Shown: piece after piece, positions 52,469 to 62,057 of the stretch
Position numbering within the stretch: position 1 is the first letter of the stretch
How the letters are laid out: every line of letters starts with the position of its first letter
Assembly: GCA_963823935.1 (NCBI GenBank)
Contig: CAWGNM010000011.1
Coordinates: 34,724 to 98,723 of the forward strand
Origin: an uncultured Acidobacteriota bacterium
Lineage (GTDB): Bacteria > Acidobacteriota > Terriglobia > Acidiferrales > UBA7541
Direction: 5' to 3'
DNA: 64,000 bases
The notes under the pieces: model-generated
The model's input: only the letters and a program-made list of their open reading frames with translations
Databases searched by the model: none
What the model was told of the DNA's origin: nothing
Position numbers and translations under genes: made by a program

Positions 52469-52661
52469 CGTCCGATAGTGATGGAAAAATCCTCAGGTCT
52501 CCCGATACAGGCCATCGGGCGACCTGAGCTACCAATCTCATTCCTTCAGAGACTCTTTTCTCTTGGGCGACCTCAGAATGACATGGACAGGCATTTTTGC
52601 CGCAGCTATGATGCGGCGCTTGCTGCGAGAGCTTTCGCGGCAATGCTGGCTGAGGTGACGT

Positions 52662-54821
52662 TTGGCGACCAAGACATGGAGCTCGACCGCGCCTCCTGAA
52701 GAGTTCAAGCCGTACATCGATTCGGAAAGAGGCGTTGCCGAATTCACCTTGCGGGCCATCCTGGTCGGCATCCTCGCGGGGCTTTTCTTCGGCGCGGTCA
52801 CCGTGTACGTGGGCCTGCGCGCCGGGCTCACCGTTTCGGCCTCCATTCCCATCGCCGTGCTCTCCATCAGCATTCTGCGCGCCTTCGGCAAGGTCAGCAT
52901 CCTCGAAAACAACATCGTGCAGACCACCGGCTCGGCCGGCGAATCGATTGCCGGCGGGGTGATTTTCACGCTGCCCGCGCTGATCTTCCTGGGATTTCCG
53001 CTGGAATACTGGGGCGTCTTCTTCCTGGCGCTGATCGGCGGATGGCTGGGCGTGCTTTTCATGATTCCGCTGCGCCGCCAGCTCATCGTCAAAGAGCACG
53101 GCAATCTGCTCTATCCCGAAGGCACGGCCTGCGCCGACGTTCTCGTGGCGGGCGATCGCGGCGGCTCCTTCGCCAGCCGCGTTTTCTGGGGACTCGGACT
53201 CGGCGGATTGTACTCGGTGCTGATGAATACGATCGGCGTGTGGCGCGATACGCCCACGTATGATCCCAAATGGCTGCCCGGCGCTTCGTTTCGCGCCAAC
53301 ATCACGCCGGAGTATCTGGGCGTGGGCTATATCATCGGTCCACGCATCGCCGGCATTCTGCTTTCGGGGGGCGTTTTCTCCTGGCTGGTGCTGATGCCGG
53401 CCATTCGCTTTTTCGGTTCGCTGGGGCCGAATCAGGCGCTCTATCCCAGCACGATTCCTATTCCGCTCATGAACTCCGACCAACTGTGGTCGAGCTATAT
53501 CCGTCCGATGGGCGCAGGGGCCGTGGCCGCGGCGGGCGTGATCACGCTGGCAAAAACGATGCCCACGATCTGGGGCGCGCTCACCACGGGGCTCAAGGAG
53601 ATGAAGGCGGATCGTGAAGGGCGCACAGCGGTGGCCAGCCGGCTCGAACACGACCTGCCCATGAAGTTTGTGGTGATTGGCGCCGTGGCCGTGGTGGCCA
53701 TGATCTGGATTTTGCTGACGTTCCGCCCCATTCCCGGCGCCAAGACCGGCCTCTTCGCCAATTTTCTGGCCGCGATTTTCGTGCTGGTATTTGGTTTTTT
53801 GTTTACCACGGTCTCTTCGCGCATTACCGGACTGATCGGCACCTCCTCGAATCCCATCAGCGGCATGGCGATTGCGACGCTGATGGCCACTTGCGCCGTG
53901 TTCCTGCTGGCGGGCTGGACCGGCGGCACGTATTCGGCGCTGGCGCTCACGATTGGCGGGGTGGTTTGCGTGGCCGCCGCAAACGCCGGCGGCACGTCGC
54001 AGGACCTGAAAACCGGCTTCCTGGTGGGCGCCACTCCGTCGAAACAGCAGATCGCCTTGATCATCGGCGCCATGGCTTCGGTCTTCGTGATTGGCGGCAC
54101 GCTCAAGCTGATGAATCTGGGCTTGGCCGAATACAAGCCGGTGCAAATCAGCATCGATATCGCCAATCTGCCCTCCGGCGTGCAGGTGGAAAATCCCGCT
54201 TACGTCTACCAGGGCCGCACCTACACGCTCGTCAACGCGCTCGGCTCGGATGTGGTGCCCGATGGGAAATATCTCTATGATCCCGATACACGGCGCGTGG
54301 AGATTCAATGGGTGCAAGGGATCGGCAGCGATAAAGCCGCCGCGCCTCAGGCCCGGCTCATGGCCACGGTGATCAGCGGCATCCTTAATCGGCGGCTGCC
54401 CTGGCGCCTGGTGCTGCTGGGAGTCTTCCTGGTGATTACCGTGGAGCTTCTGGGCATTCGTTCCTTGCCCTTCGCCACCGGCGCCTATCTCTCGATTGCC
54501 ACGACCATGGCCATTTTTGCGGGCGGCGCGGTGCGCTGGCTTGTGGAACGCAGCCGCGGCGCCGACGCGGGCAGCGACGTGGGCCCCGGCCCGCTCTACG
54601 CCAGCGGACTCATTGCCGGCGGAGGAGTTTTCGGTCTGCTGGGCATCGTGGTGGCTCTGCTGGAAGACCAGGAGTTCCGCTACCATATCTTCCGCCCAGG
54701 TCTGTTTCAGTTTGGTCCGAAGATCATGGGCGCCTGGAGCAGCAGCGACCTCTTCGCGGTGGTTATGTTCCTGGCGTTGGCGGCATCGCAGTTTTACTTT
54801 GCGCGCAAAAAGATGGATTAG
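52662..54821 (+). CDS. OPT (oligopeptide transporter) family membrane protein
   Basis: Reads FKPYIDSERGVAEFTLRAILVGILAGLFFGAVTVYVGLRAGLTVSASIPIAVLSI...TGSAGESIAGGVIFTLPAL...GTSQDLKTGFLVGATP, with many transmembrane segments. The start is uncertain: TTG at 52662, or ATG at 52676 if a 1-nt indel near 52692 is assumed. Confidence 0.85.
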   Translation: MATKTWSSTAPPEEFKPYIDSERGVAEFTLRAILVGILAGLFFGAVTVYVGLRAGLTVSASIPIAVLSISILRAFGKVSILENNIVQTTGSAGESIAGGVIFTLPALIFLGFPLEYWGVFFLALIGGWLGVLFMIPLRRQLIVKEHGNLLYPEGTACADVLVAGDRGGSFASRVFWGLGLGGLYSVLMNTIGVWRDTPTYDPKWLPGASFRANITPEYLGVGYIIGPRIAGILLSGGVFSWLVLMPAIRFFGSLGPNQALYPSTIPIPLMNSDQLWSSYIRPMGAGAVAAAGVITLAKTMPTIWGALTTGLKEMKADREGRTAVASRLEHDLPMKFVVIGAVAVVAMIWILLTFRPIPGAKTGLFANFLAAIFVLVFGFLFTTVSSRITGLIGTSSNPISGMAIATLMATCAVFLLAGWTGGTYSALALTIGGVVCVAAANAGGTSQDLKTGFLVGATPSKQQIALIIGAMASVFVIGGTLKLMNLGLAEYKPVQISIDIANLPSGVQVENPAYVYQGRTYTLVNALGSDVVPDGKYLYDPDTRRVEIQWVQGIGSDKAAAPQARLMATVISGILNRRLPWRLVLLGVFLVITVELLGIRSLPFATGAYLSIATTMAIFAGGAVRWLVERSRGADAGSDVGPGPLYASGLIAGGGVFGLLGIVVALLEDQEFRYHIFRPGLFQFGPKIMGAWSSSDLFAVVMFLALAASQFYFARKKMD

Positions 54822-54955
54822 CGCCTTAGATCGTGCGGCGGATCGCCTTTCGCTCGGAGCGATGCGGCGGGTGCGAATTGAGGTTTGAAGCCGTTGCGGC
54901 GCTTGCGCGAGAGCGCGGAATGGCGTAGTTTCCGAACTACGGAGCGAGGTGTTCT

Positions 54956-55345
54956 GTGCCAGGAAAACTTCTTCTTACTTTTGCGGTCGCGGCCGCGCTT
55001 CTCGGCGCCGGCCCCGCCTTTGCGCATCACGGGACCGCCGGATACGACATGGTCAAGGTGGTCACTGTCAAGGGAACGGTGACCAAGGTGGATTGGAATA
55101 ATCCGCACGTTATTTTTCACATTGACTCAAAGGACGGGGGCGAGATCCAGCATTGGTCCCTGGAGGTTTCTCCGCCGTTGCTAATGAACCGGTTTGGCTG
55201 GAACAAGGAGTCGCTCAAGCCGGGCGACCAGGTGTCGGCGGAAACGCATCCGGCCAGAAGCGGGTCCCCCGTAGGCATCAGCGGCACCGCGAGCTTTCTA
55301 TTGAAGTTCGTAGTGAACGGCATGCCGCTGCCTCACCAACCATGA
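54956..55345 (+). CDS. secreted DUF6152-like protein
   Basis: GTG start and a signal peptide ending AFAHHGTAGYD. Then VTVKGTVTKVDWNNPHVIFHIDSKDGGEIQHWSLEVSPP..L.RFGWNKESLKPGDQV, the pattern I associate with DUF6152. Confidence 0.6.
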   Translation: MPGKLLLTFAVAAALLGAGPAFAHHGTAGYDMVKVVTVKGTVTKVDWNNPHVIFHIDSKDGGEIQHWSLEVSPPLLMNRFGWNKESLKPGDQVSAETHPARSGSPVGISGTASFLLKFVVNGMPLPHQP

Positions 55346-55392
55346 GGATGCCGGAATCTCGCGATGAAAGGCCTGGCGTGAGGAGTTCCACG

Positions 55393-56196
55393 ATGCGGAA
55401 TCGCCGAATCAGCCCGCTGGCGACTGTACTGATGGCAGCGTGTTTCTGCTGCTTGCCCGGTGCGCTCGCGCAAACATCGGCGCCGCCAAAGGCCGGCAAT
55501 TCGCCCGCGGCCCAGGCTGCTTCGCGAATGCCGGACCTCTCGGGAAATTGGACCATTGCGCCCGGGGGTACCAGTTGGGATCCCGCGGATCCCAGCGGCT
55601 CGAAGCCGGAGGAGCTTGCCCTCACGCCGTGGGGGCTTCAGCGGCTCAGGGCCGCCAAACCACCCTTCGGGGCCAACCAGACATTCCAGCCTAACGATCC
55701 GGTGCAGAAGTATTGCGATCCGCCGGGTCCGTTCCGTATGTATTCGTACCCCTGGCAGTTCACGATCGTGCAGACGCCCAAGCAGGTCTACCTGCTGTTC
55801 GAATATCTCCACGTGTGGCGCATCGTGCAGATGAATCAGGCGCACCCCAAGGACGTGGACACAACGTGGCTCGGAGATTCGGTGGGGCACTATGAAGGCG
55901 ATACACTGGTAATCGATACCGTCGGCTTCAACGACAAAACTTGGCTCGACATGGTCGGGCATCCACACAGCGAAGCGTTGCATACCATCGAGCGCTTTCG
56001 CCGCGTGAACCACGACACCCTCGAACTGGAGGCCACCTTCCAGGACCCCAAGGCCTACACACACTCCTTCACAGCGAAGCGCAACTTCAAACTGAGCTCG
56101 TTTCCCATGGGCGAGACCATGTGCTCTCTTTCCGAGGACCAGCAGTTTCAAAAGAGCATCATGGATCGCACGGTCCCCTCGGCGCCCGCAAAATAG
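55393..56196 (+). CDS. secreted hypothetical protein, likely partner of the DUF6152 gene
   Basis: Signal peptide MRNRRISPLATVLMAACFCCLPGALA and an intact 267-aa frame (DLSGNWT...CDPPGPFRMYSYPWQFTIVQTP...GDSVGHYEGDTLVIDTVGFNDKTWLD..GHPHSEALHTIERF). It starts 48 nt after the DUF6152 stop. Confidence 0.6.
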   Translation: MRNRRISPLATVLMAACFCCLPGALAQTSAPPKAGNSPAAQAASRMPDLSGNWTIAPGGTSWDPADPSGSKPEELALTPWGLQRLRAAKPPFGANQTFQPNDPVQKYCDPPGPFRMYSYPWQFTIVQTPKQVYLLFEYLHVWRIVQMNQAHPKDVDTTWLGDSVGHYEGDTLVIDTVGFNDKTWLDMVGHPHSEALHTIERFRRVNHDTLELEATFQDPKAYTHSFTAKRNFKLSSFPMGETMCSLSEDQQFQKSIMDRTVPSAPAK

Positions 56197-56308
56197 GCCG
56201 CCAGCGCCAAGTTCTTGCGCTTGGCCCGATTCCACTTTGCTAAATTATTGTTGTGGCACACGGCGGACGTGAGATTTGACGTCCGCGAGTTGCGAACCAG
56301 GGAGATCC

Positions 56309-56980
56309 ATGACTCAGGAACTTTGGAGCGCGGTTGACCGCTACATCAACGACCTCTTCGAGCCGCCGGATGCGGCGCTCACGGCGGCGCTGCAGGCCAG
56401 TTCCGCAGCCGGCCTGCGGCCCATTAACGTTTCACCGAACCAAGGCCATTTTCTGCAATTGCTGGCGCGGGCGCTGGGCGCGCGCAACATTCTGGAGATC
56501 GGCACGCTGGGAGGTTACAGCACGATCTGGCTGGCGCGGGCGCTGCCCGCCGGAGGCCGTCTGATCACTCTGGAAGCGGAGCCGAAGCACGCGGAGGTGG
56601 CGCGAGCGAATATCGCGCGCGCGGGGCTTGGCGGCATCGTGGAGCTACGCCTGGGACGAGCCGTTGAGAGCTTGCCGCAACTGGCGGCCGAGGGCCGCGG
56701 TCCCTTCGACCTCATCTTCATCGACGCGGACAAGCCCAGTTATGTGGACTATTTTGCCTGGGCGCTGAAGCTATCCCGGCGCGGCACTGTCATCATCGGC
56801 GACAACGTAGTACGCAGGGGCGCGGTTGCCGATGCGGGGAGCGAAGATGAGATGGTCCAGGGCGTGCGCCGCTTCAATGAGGCCGTCGCAGCCGAGCCTC
56901 GCGTGACGGCCACGGCCATGCAGACCGTCGGCAGCAAGGGTTACGACGGCTTCACGATTGCGCTTGTCGTTGCCGAGTAA
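56309..56980 (+). CDS. class I SAM-dependent O-methyltransferase (family 3, caffeoyl-CoA OMT-like)
   Basis: Reads LEIGTLGGYSTIWLA (motif I), LITLEAEPKHAEVA, DLIFIDADKPSY, GTVIIGDNV. Confidence 0.85.
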   Translation: MTQELWSAVDRYINDLFEPPDAALTAALQASSAAGLRPINVSPNQGHFLQLLARALGARNILEIGTLGGYSTIWLARALPAGGRLITLEAEPKHAEVARANIARAGLGGIVELRLGRAVESLPQLAAEGRGPFDLIFIDADKPSYVDYFAWALKLSRRGTVIIGDNVVRRGAVADAGSEDEMVQGVRRFNEAVAAEPRVTATAMQTVGSKGYDGFTIALVVAE

Positions 56981-57066
56981 GTAACGGATTTTGCGTCCCG
57001 CGCGGGCTGCCGAGGGAGGCAGTCCGCGCGAGCTACATCGCATCGCCAGCGGGCCCAATCGCCGCA

Positions 57067-57093
57067 TGAAAAGGCGGGCCTCAACGGCCCGCC
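57067..57093 (-). terminator. rho-independent terminator downstream of pal
   Basis: On the minus strand the stem GGCGGGCC-GTTGA-GGCCCGCC (57073-57093) is followed by TTTTC. It lies 16 nt past the pal stop. Confidence 0.65.
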
Positions 57094-57108
57094 GTGTCCC
57101 GAGCAGAT

Positions 57109-57882
57109 CTAGTTGCCGCTGAGCTGTGAGGAACTTGTTCCGCCCATGCGGAAGTGCGCGCGCCGGTTTTGCTGCCAGCAGGATTCGTTGCCTTCGGTGC
57201 AGAAAGGCCGCTCTTTACCGTAACTCACCGTCTGAATGCGATCCCCGGCGATCCCTTGAGCCACCAGGAAATCCTTGGCTGAATCCGAGCGCCGGTCTCC
57301 TAAGGCGACGTTATATTCGGTCGAGCCGCGCTCGTCGCAATGGCCTTCGATGACGATGGCGACCTGCGGATAGGAGCGCAGGAAATCGGCTGTCTTGGAC
57401 AAAGCCTGGCGAGCATCGCCGCGTATATCGGCCTTGTCATAGTCGAAGAATGCGTCTTGAACTTCTCGCGTGAACATCTCCTCGACCGTGGGGCCGGCGG
57501 GAGCGGGCGCGGCTGCCGAGGCCACCGTGACCGTCACATGAGTGCTGGCGGTGGCCGAACCGCCTGGGCCGGTCGCCGTCGCGGTGTACGTAGTGGATTG
57601 GCGCGGCGCGACGGTCGAGGTGCCTTGCGCCGCCACGCTGCCGAGCTCTGGCGTCACGCTGACGGAAGTCGCATTGGTGGCCGACCAACGCAAGTTCACG
57701 GACTGGCCTTGGTCGATATTCGTTCGCGAGGCGTCCAGCGTTATGGTGGGCTGCGCGGGCGGGTTAGCCGCGGGCGGGGCCGCGGGCGGCTTGACCGCTA
57801 CTTTGTGGCTGCACCCCGCGAGGACAACGATGAACCCGAGCAAACCGTACAGAGTTGCATTTCCAAACCGGCGAATTCTCAT
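57109..57882 (-). CDS. pal: peptidoglycan-associated lipoprotein (Pal/OmpA family) with an extra Ig-like insert
   Basis: Lipobox LAGCS from MRIRRFGNATLYGLLGFIVVLAGCS. The OmpA-like C-terminus reads FFDYDKADIRGDARQAL...VIEGHCDERGSTEYNVALGDRRSDSAKDFL...YGKERP. The middle ~95 aa read ITLDASRTNIDQGQSVNLRWSATNATSVSV...TYTATATGPGG. Confidence 0.85.
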   Translation of the reverse strand: MRIRRFGNATLYGLLGFIVVLAGCSHKVAVKPPAAPPAANPPAQPTITLDASRTNIDQGQSVNLRWSATNATSVSVTPELGSVAAQGTSTVAPRQSTTYTATATGPGGSATASTHVTVTVASAAAPAPAGPTVEEMFTREVQDAFFDYDKADIRGDARQALSKTADFLRSYPQVAIVIEGHCDERGSTEYNVALGDRRSDSAKDFLVAQGIAGDRIQTVSYGKERPFCTEGNESCWQQNRRAHFRMGGTSSSQLSGN

Positions 57883-58080
57883 TCCTTCCTCCCTCTCTTT
57901 TCTCGGCTTCAGGAAACTTTGCTGGCGAATCGGGCACCTAGTCTCGTAAGTATATCGTGTCACGATACTACCTCTTTTCCCCGATGGGATGCAAGATCTA
58001 TGGTAGGCCGCTTGCTGTATCCCGAACCTCCACGACGGGGCGCCTAAACTAAGGAGGCGGCCCGGGGACAGCCTGGACAC

Positions 58081-58135
58081 GTTAAGCTTCTCTTAATGTT
58101 GGCCGTTATAAACCGCTGCCAGTTTCTTTCCTTGT
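58081..58135 (+). promoter_or_regulatory. conserved upstream element of TBDR paralog A
   Basis: gTTAAGcttctCTTAAtgttggccGTTATAAAccgctgccagtttctttc. It has a TTAAG-N5-CTTAA inverted repeat and a GTTATAAA box 95 nt upstream of the ATG. It aligns with 61947-62000. Confidence 0.45.
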
Positions 58136-58199
58136 TCTGGGTCTGGGTCACTGTTCAGAGCGCGAAGTTCATTGTGATCTTGTTGACCGGAGGGTGGCT

Positions 58200-61100
58200 A
58201 TGAGAAAAACGATCCGAATTCTCTCGTTGTTGAGTTGTGTCTGCTTTCTGGCTGGATTGCCGTTGTCTGCGCAACTCAATACCGGCCGTATTTTGGGAAC
58301 GGTTACGGACCAAACGGGTGGCGTGATCGCGGGCGCCATGGTTACGGTGACGAACACGCAGACGGGCGTCGCGCGAAATTTGACCACGGATCAGGCCGGT
58401 GAATACGACGCGCCCAACCTGCATGCCGGGCACCTACACAGTTCGCGCCACGGCCATGGGCTTCCAGACGTTCGAGCGGCAGAACATCGCCCTCGGAATT
58501 GGCCAGGATGCGCGTATAGATGCACAGCTCTCGCCTGGGGCAAATTACGCAAACGGTTGAAGTAACCGCGGCGAGCTCCGCTGCTGGACACAACCAGCGC
58601 GGTGCTCAGCGGAACCCTCAGCACTCAGACCATCCTCGATCTCCCGCTGAACGGCCGCAATTTCGAGGATTTGTTGCCGCTACGCCCCGGCGTGATACAA
58701 ACTCCTGGCGGCGGCTCGCTAACGACCTCGACCAATGGACTCCCTCCACAATGGAACAATTACTTTATCGAGGGACTGGATAACAATGAGCCCTTTACCG
58801 GCCAGAGCGTGACCAACACGACGCTGCCATTCGGCGACGCCGCGAGCCTCCTGCCCGTCGACGCCATCCAGGAACTCAACGTGGAGACGAATGCGCCTGC
58901 CGAATTCGGCCGCAGGCCCGGAGCGGTGATAAACGTCGGCCTCAAGTCGGGCACGAACACGATTCATGGTTCGGCATTCGCGTTTGGGCGCGATGGCGCC
59001 TGGGATGCCGACGGATTGGGTAAATCCGCCCTCGCCTTTTCCCCCTCCCCCGGTGGCGCTGGAACAATGGGGAGGCACGGTGGGCGGCCCCATCATCAAA
59101 AACAAGCTGTTCTATTTTGGCGCTTTCGAGCGGCAGAGCTTATAGCGTAGGCAACGCATTTCCGAGCGACAACACCGACGACCTCTACCGCTTCCGGCGA
59201 TCCGAACCAGAGTATTCCGCTAGCCGAGGCTGGCTTGGCAAGCGCCCCCGGGGGACCAATCCCGGTCTGAGCCCGACCAGCCTGAAATTGTTGCCACTGT
59301 TCGGCACGAACAATAACCCGACGCGAAGCTATCACCATCGGTTTTCCGAACGTCTACAGCATTAACAATGCCGTCGGGAAAGTCGATTACCATCCCAGCG
59401 ATCACCATACGATTACCGGTTCCTACTTCTTCGGCAGGGGCCATGCCGTGGGCGAGGACAACGCGTTTACGCAACAGACCTTTGAAACCATCGGGGACAT
59501 GCGGTCTCAATTTCTCAGCACGAGCTGGACGTGGACGCCGAATTCGATTTGGGTAAATGACTTCCGCGTGGGCTGGAATCACTACGCTCGCACCACGAAC
59601 GTGGGCGATTACCAGACTGCCTTCGAGCACTTATGGCCTGAACACCGGCGTGACCGGCTCCCATGGTGCTAGGCCTCCCAAGCATTCAAGTTGGGGGCTT
59701 TAACGCGCTCGGCGGCGACGCGAATTCGCCGAAAACCTACGGCCCCTGCTTCGGATTACGACGTCGTGGATCATGTTTCCTATTCTGCGCGGCAAGCACG
59801 CCTTCAAGTTCGGGTTCGAGGTCGTTTTATTACAAGCATGTTCTATGACGCGGTTGCCGACGGCAGGGGCCGTGATCAACTTCGTACAACGGCGGCCAAC
59901 GCTTTTCCGAATTCTACCCCGTCTGGAAGATTTTCTCAGCCGGCGATGCCGATAACCCGACGTGGCGTGTCACTTACTCGCAGGCAATCCCGCGCGCACG
60001 TTCACGGACTGGGACTATCTCCGGTTTTTTCGAGGATTCCTGGCGGGCCACTTCGAGGCTCACGGTGAACCTGGGCCTGCGGTATGAATACTATACTCCT
60101 CTGAATGAGATAAATAATCTCATTGGCAATTGGTCTCCGACCGTGGGCTTTGAGCAGCAGGGAGTGAATATCAAATCACCCCTACAACGCCGATCCAAAG
60201 GACCTCTCTCCGCGCGTCGGGATAGCATGGGACGTCACCGGAAAGGGCACCACGGTGGTGCGGTTGGGCGGAGGGCTCTACTACACCGAGGCCGTCACCT
60301 CGGAGTATGTAGGCAATATTGCCCTTCCTTCGCGCGCGCCCGGCATTAGTTCGATTCCGACGGGTTACTCGTTGCGTAATGGCGAACGGAACGACGCAGG
60401 CGCCCCTGCTACCGGTGTCGGCGGGTGGCATCGGATCGGCGACGGCTACCATTCGCGGGCAGCGCCCTTAACTGGAATCAGACGGGCGGCGGCACGGTCT
60501 ATCCGCAATCCGCTATCAGCGGCTTCGTTGTGCGGTGACGGGCTTCCGATTGCTCCGGGATCGAAACACGAAGTATCCCTCGCCGTGCAGCATCCTGGCC
60601 ACCAGTGCAAACCTGCCCTGCTCCTCGCGTCGCCAGTTGGAATTTGGGCATTCAACACGCCTTGACTCCGACTCTTTCGGCGGAAGTGGACTATATTGGT
60701 AATCACGGCTCCTTCCTGCCGGCCGATAGGGATTTGAATCAAATCAACCCGAATTCTCAGGCGGAAATAAACTGCGGCCACTGCGAATGCGCCCCCACGC
60801 GATCTCCCGTATTACTCGCAGTTTCCCTATCTCCAATACATAAACTGGATAGATCGAACACCGACCACTCGAACTACAACGCCCTGCAGGCAACGCTGAC
60901 CGCGCGGAATTATCACAACTTGTCGTTCATTGCCGGTTACACGTACAGTCACGCGCTGACCAATGAAGTAGGCTCGGCAGGCTATGGCCTGAAAAATCCG
61001 GAGGACAGCAATAACCCCCAATGGTGGACTACGGCCCTACGGGTTTCGACATCCGTAATCACTTCAGCTTCACGCCGACCTACAACATCCCCGGCAGGAA

Positions 61101-61725
61101 ATCGCCCCTGCAACTCCTGGAGGGCTGGAGCGTTCAATCGGCCGTCCTGATCAACACCGGTTTCGCGTGGGGTGTTTCGGATAGAACAGACCACAGCAAA
61201 ACGAAAGAACAAGGGGACCGCTGGGACTTCTTTGGCAATCCCAGCGATTTCGCCGCAACGAACACCGGGATTCCGTTCTTCGCTGGCACGAAGAAGTCAG
61301 GTGTGGGCCTGGAAACCAGCAATCCAGCCTGCAACAGCCAGGCGGAGAAATTGGGCGCAGCTGAACAGACAGCGTTGGCCACGTATGGATGCTTCGCGCA
61401 GGGCGGCTCGGTCATGTTTGCGCCAGCTGACGGTACGTACGGCAACATGTCCCCGAACATGTTCCCGGGACCCGGCTATGCCGATTGGGATTTCTCCATA
61501 TTCAAGAACACGCGGATCAAGGAACGGCTAACCGCCCAGTTCCGCGCCGAATTCTTTAACATTCTGAACCACACGATAATTTTCCACCCGGACGGCAACC
61601 CCAAAGACACGACCAGCGCTGGGTTTGGCTGTGCGTGTCAAACGCCCGATCAGTATTCAACGAACCCCTATCTGGGAACCGGAGCAGCCCGCGAAATACA
61701 GTTGGGGCTGAAGCTGCTTTTCTAG
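58200..61725 (+). pseudogene. CarboxypepD_reg + plug + TonB-dependent receptor paralog A; frame broken at least 8 times
   Basis: Reads MRKTIRILSLLSCVCFLAGLPLSAQLNTGRILGTVTDQTGGVIAGAMVTVTNTQTGVARNLTTDQAGEYDAPNL. Fragments in alternating frames match paralog B: TYTVRATAMGFQTFERQNIALG / QITQTVEVTA / LSGTLSTQTILDLPLNGRNFEDLL...ELNVETNAPAEFGRRPGAVINVGLKSGTN / ...KNKLFYFGAFE... The end is FNILNH...REIQLGLKLLF with stop at 61725. Confidence 0.8.
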
Positions 61726-61946
61726 GGCCGTTCCAAAACTTAGGGATCCTTTCTCGAATGTCTTGAGCCTAGGTACTCTCGAGATGTAATAGGGTCCCTG
61801 TGAAATACCATCGACCTCCCGCGGCCTTTTTTGCGCCAGGTGTCGGTAATAAATGCGTTCTAAAGTCGGCTCTCATCTCGGGCGCGCACTCCCCCGGGGC
61901 AGAGGATCTGGTGTGTTGCTTACCTAATCTTGCCTTTAATCTTATA

Positions 61947-62000
61947 TTAAGCTTTCCTTAATGTTAGTGGGTATAAACCCGCCAGCAGCTTTCGTAGTCC
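61947..62000 (+). promoter_or_regulatory. conserved upstream element of TBDR paralog B
   Basis: TTAAGctttcCTTAAtgttagtggGTATAAAcccgccagcagctttc. It has the same inverted repeat and TATAAA box, 87 nt upstream of the ATG. Confidence 0.45.
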
Positions 62001-62057
62001 TAGGGATGGGGTGATCGAAAGTCCAAACGTCTTTTCTCGTTAGTCGGGAGGGTGGCT

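Noticed and set aside
52428-54686. Very long antisense or out-of-frame ORFs. Examples: 52428-54686 (-), 752 aa; 42284-44020 (+), 578 aa; 16179-17657 (+); 38182-39624 (+); 11509-12897 (-); 21269-22471 (-); 15255-15974 (+).
   Set aside because: These are typical shadow ORFs of a GC-rich genome. They lie opposite genes with unmistakable motifs (OPT, serA, kinase, sufB, VWA, sugar porter). Their translations are Arg/Gly/Ala/His-rich low-complexity strings with no motifs.
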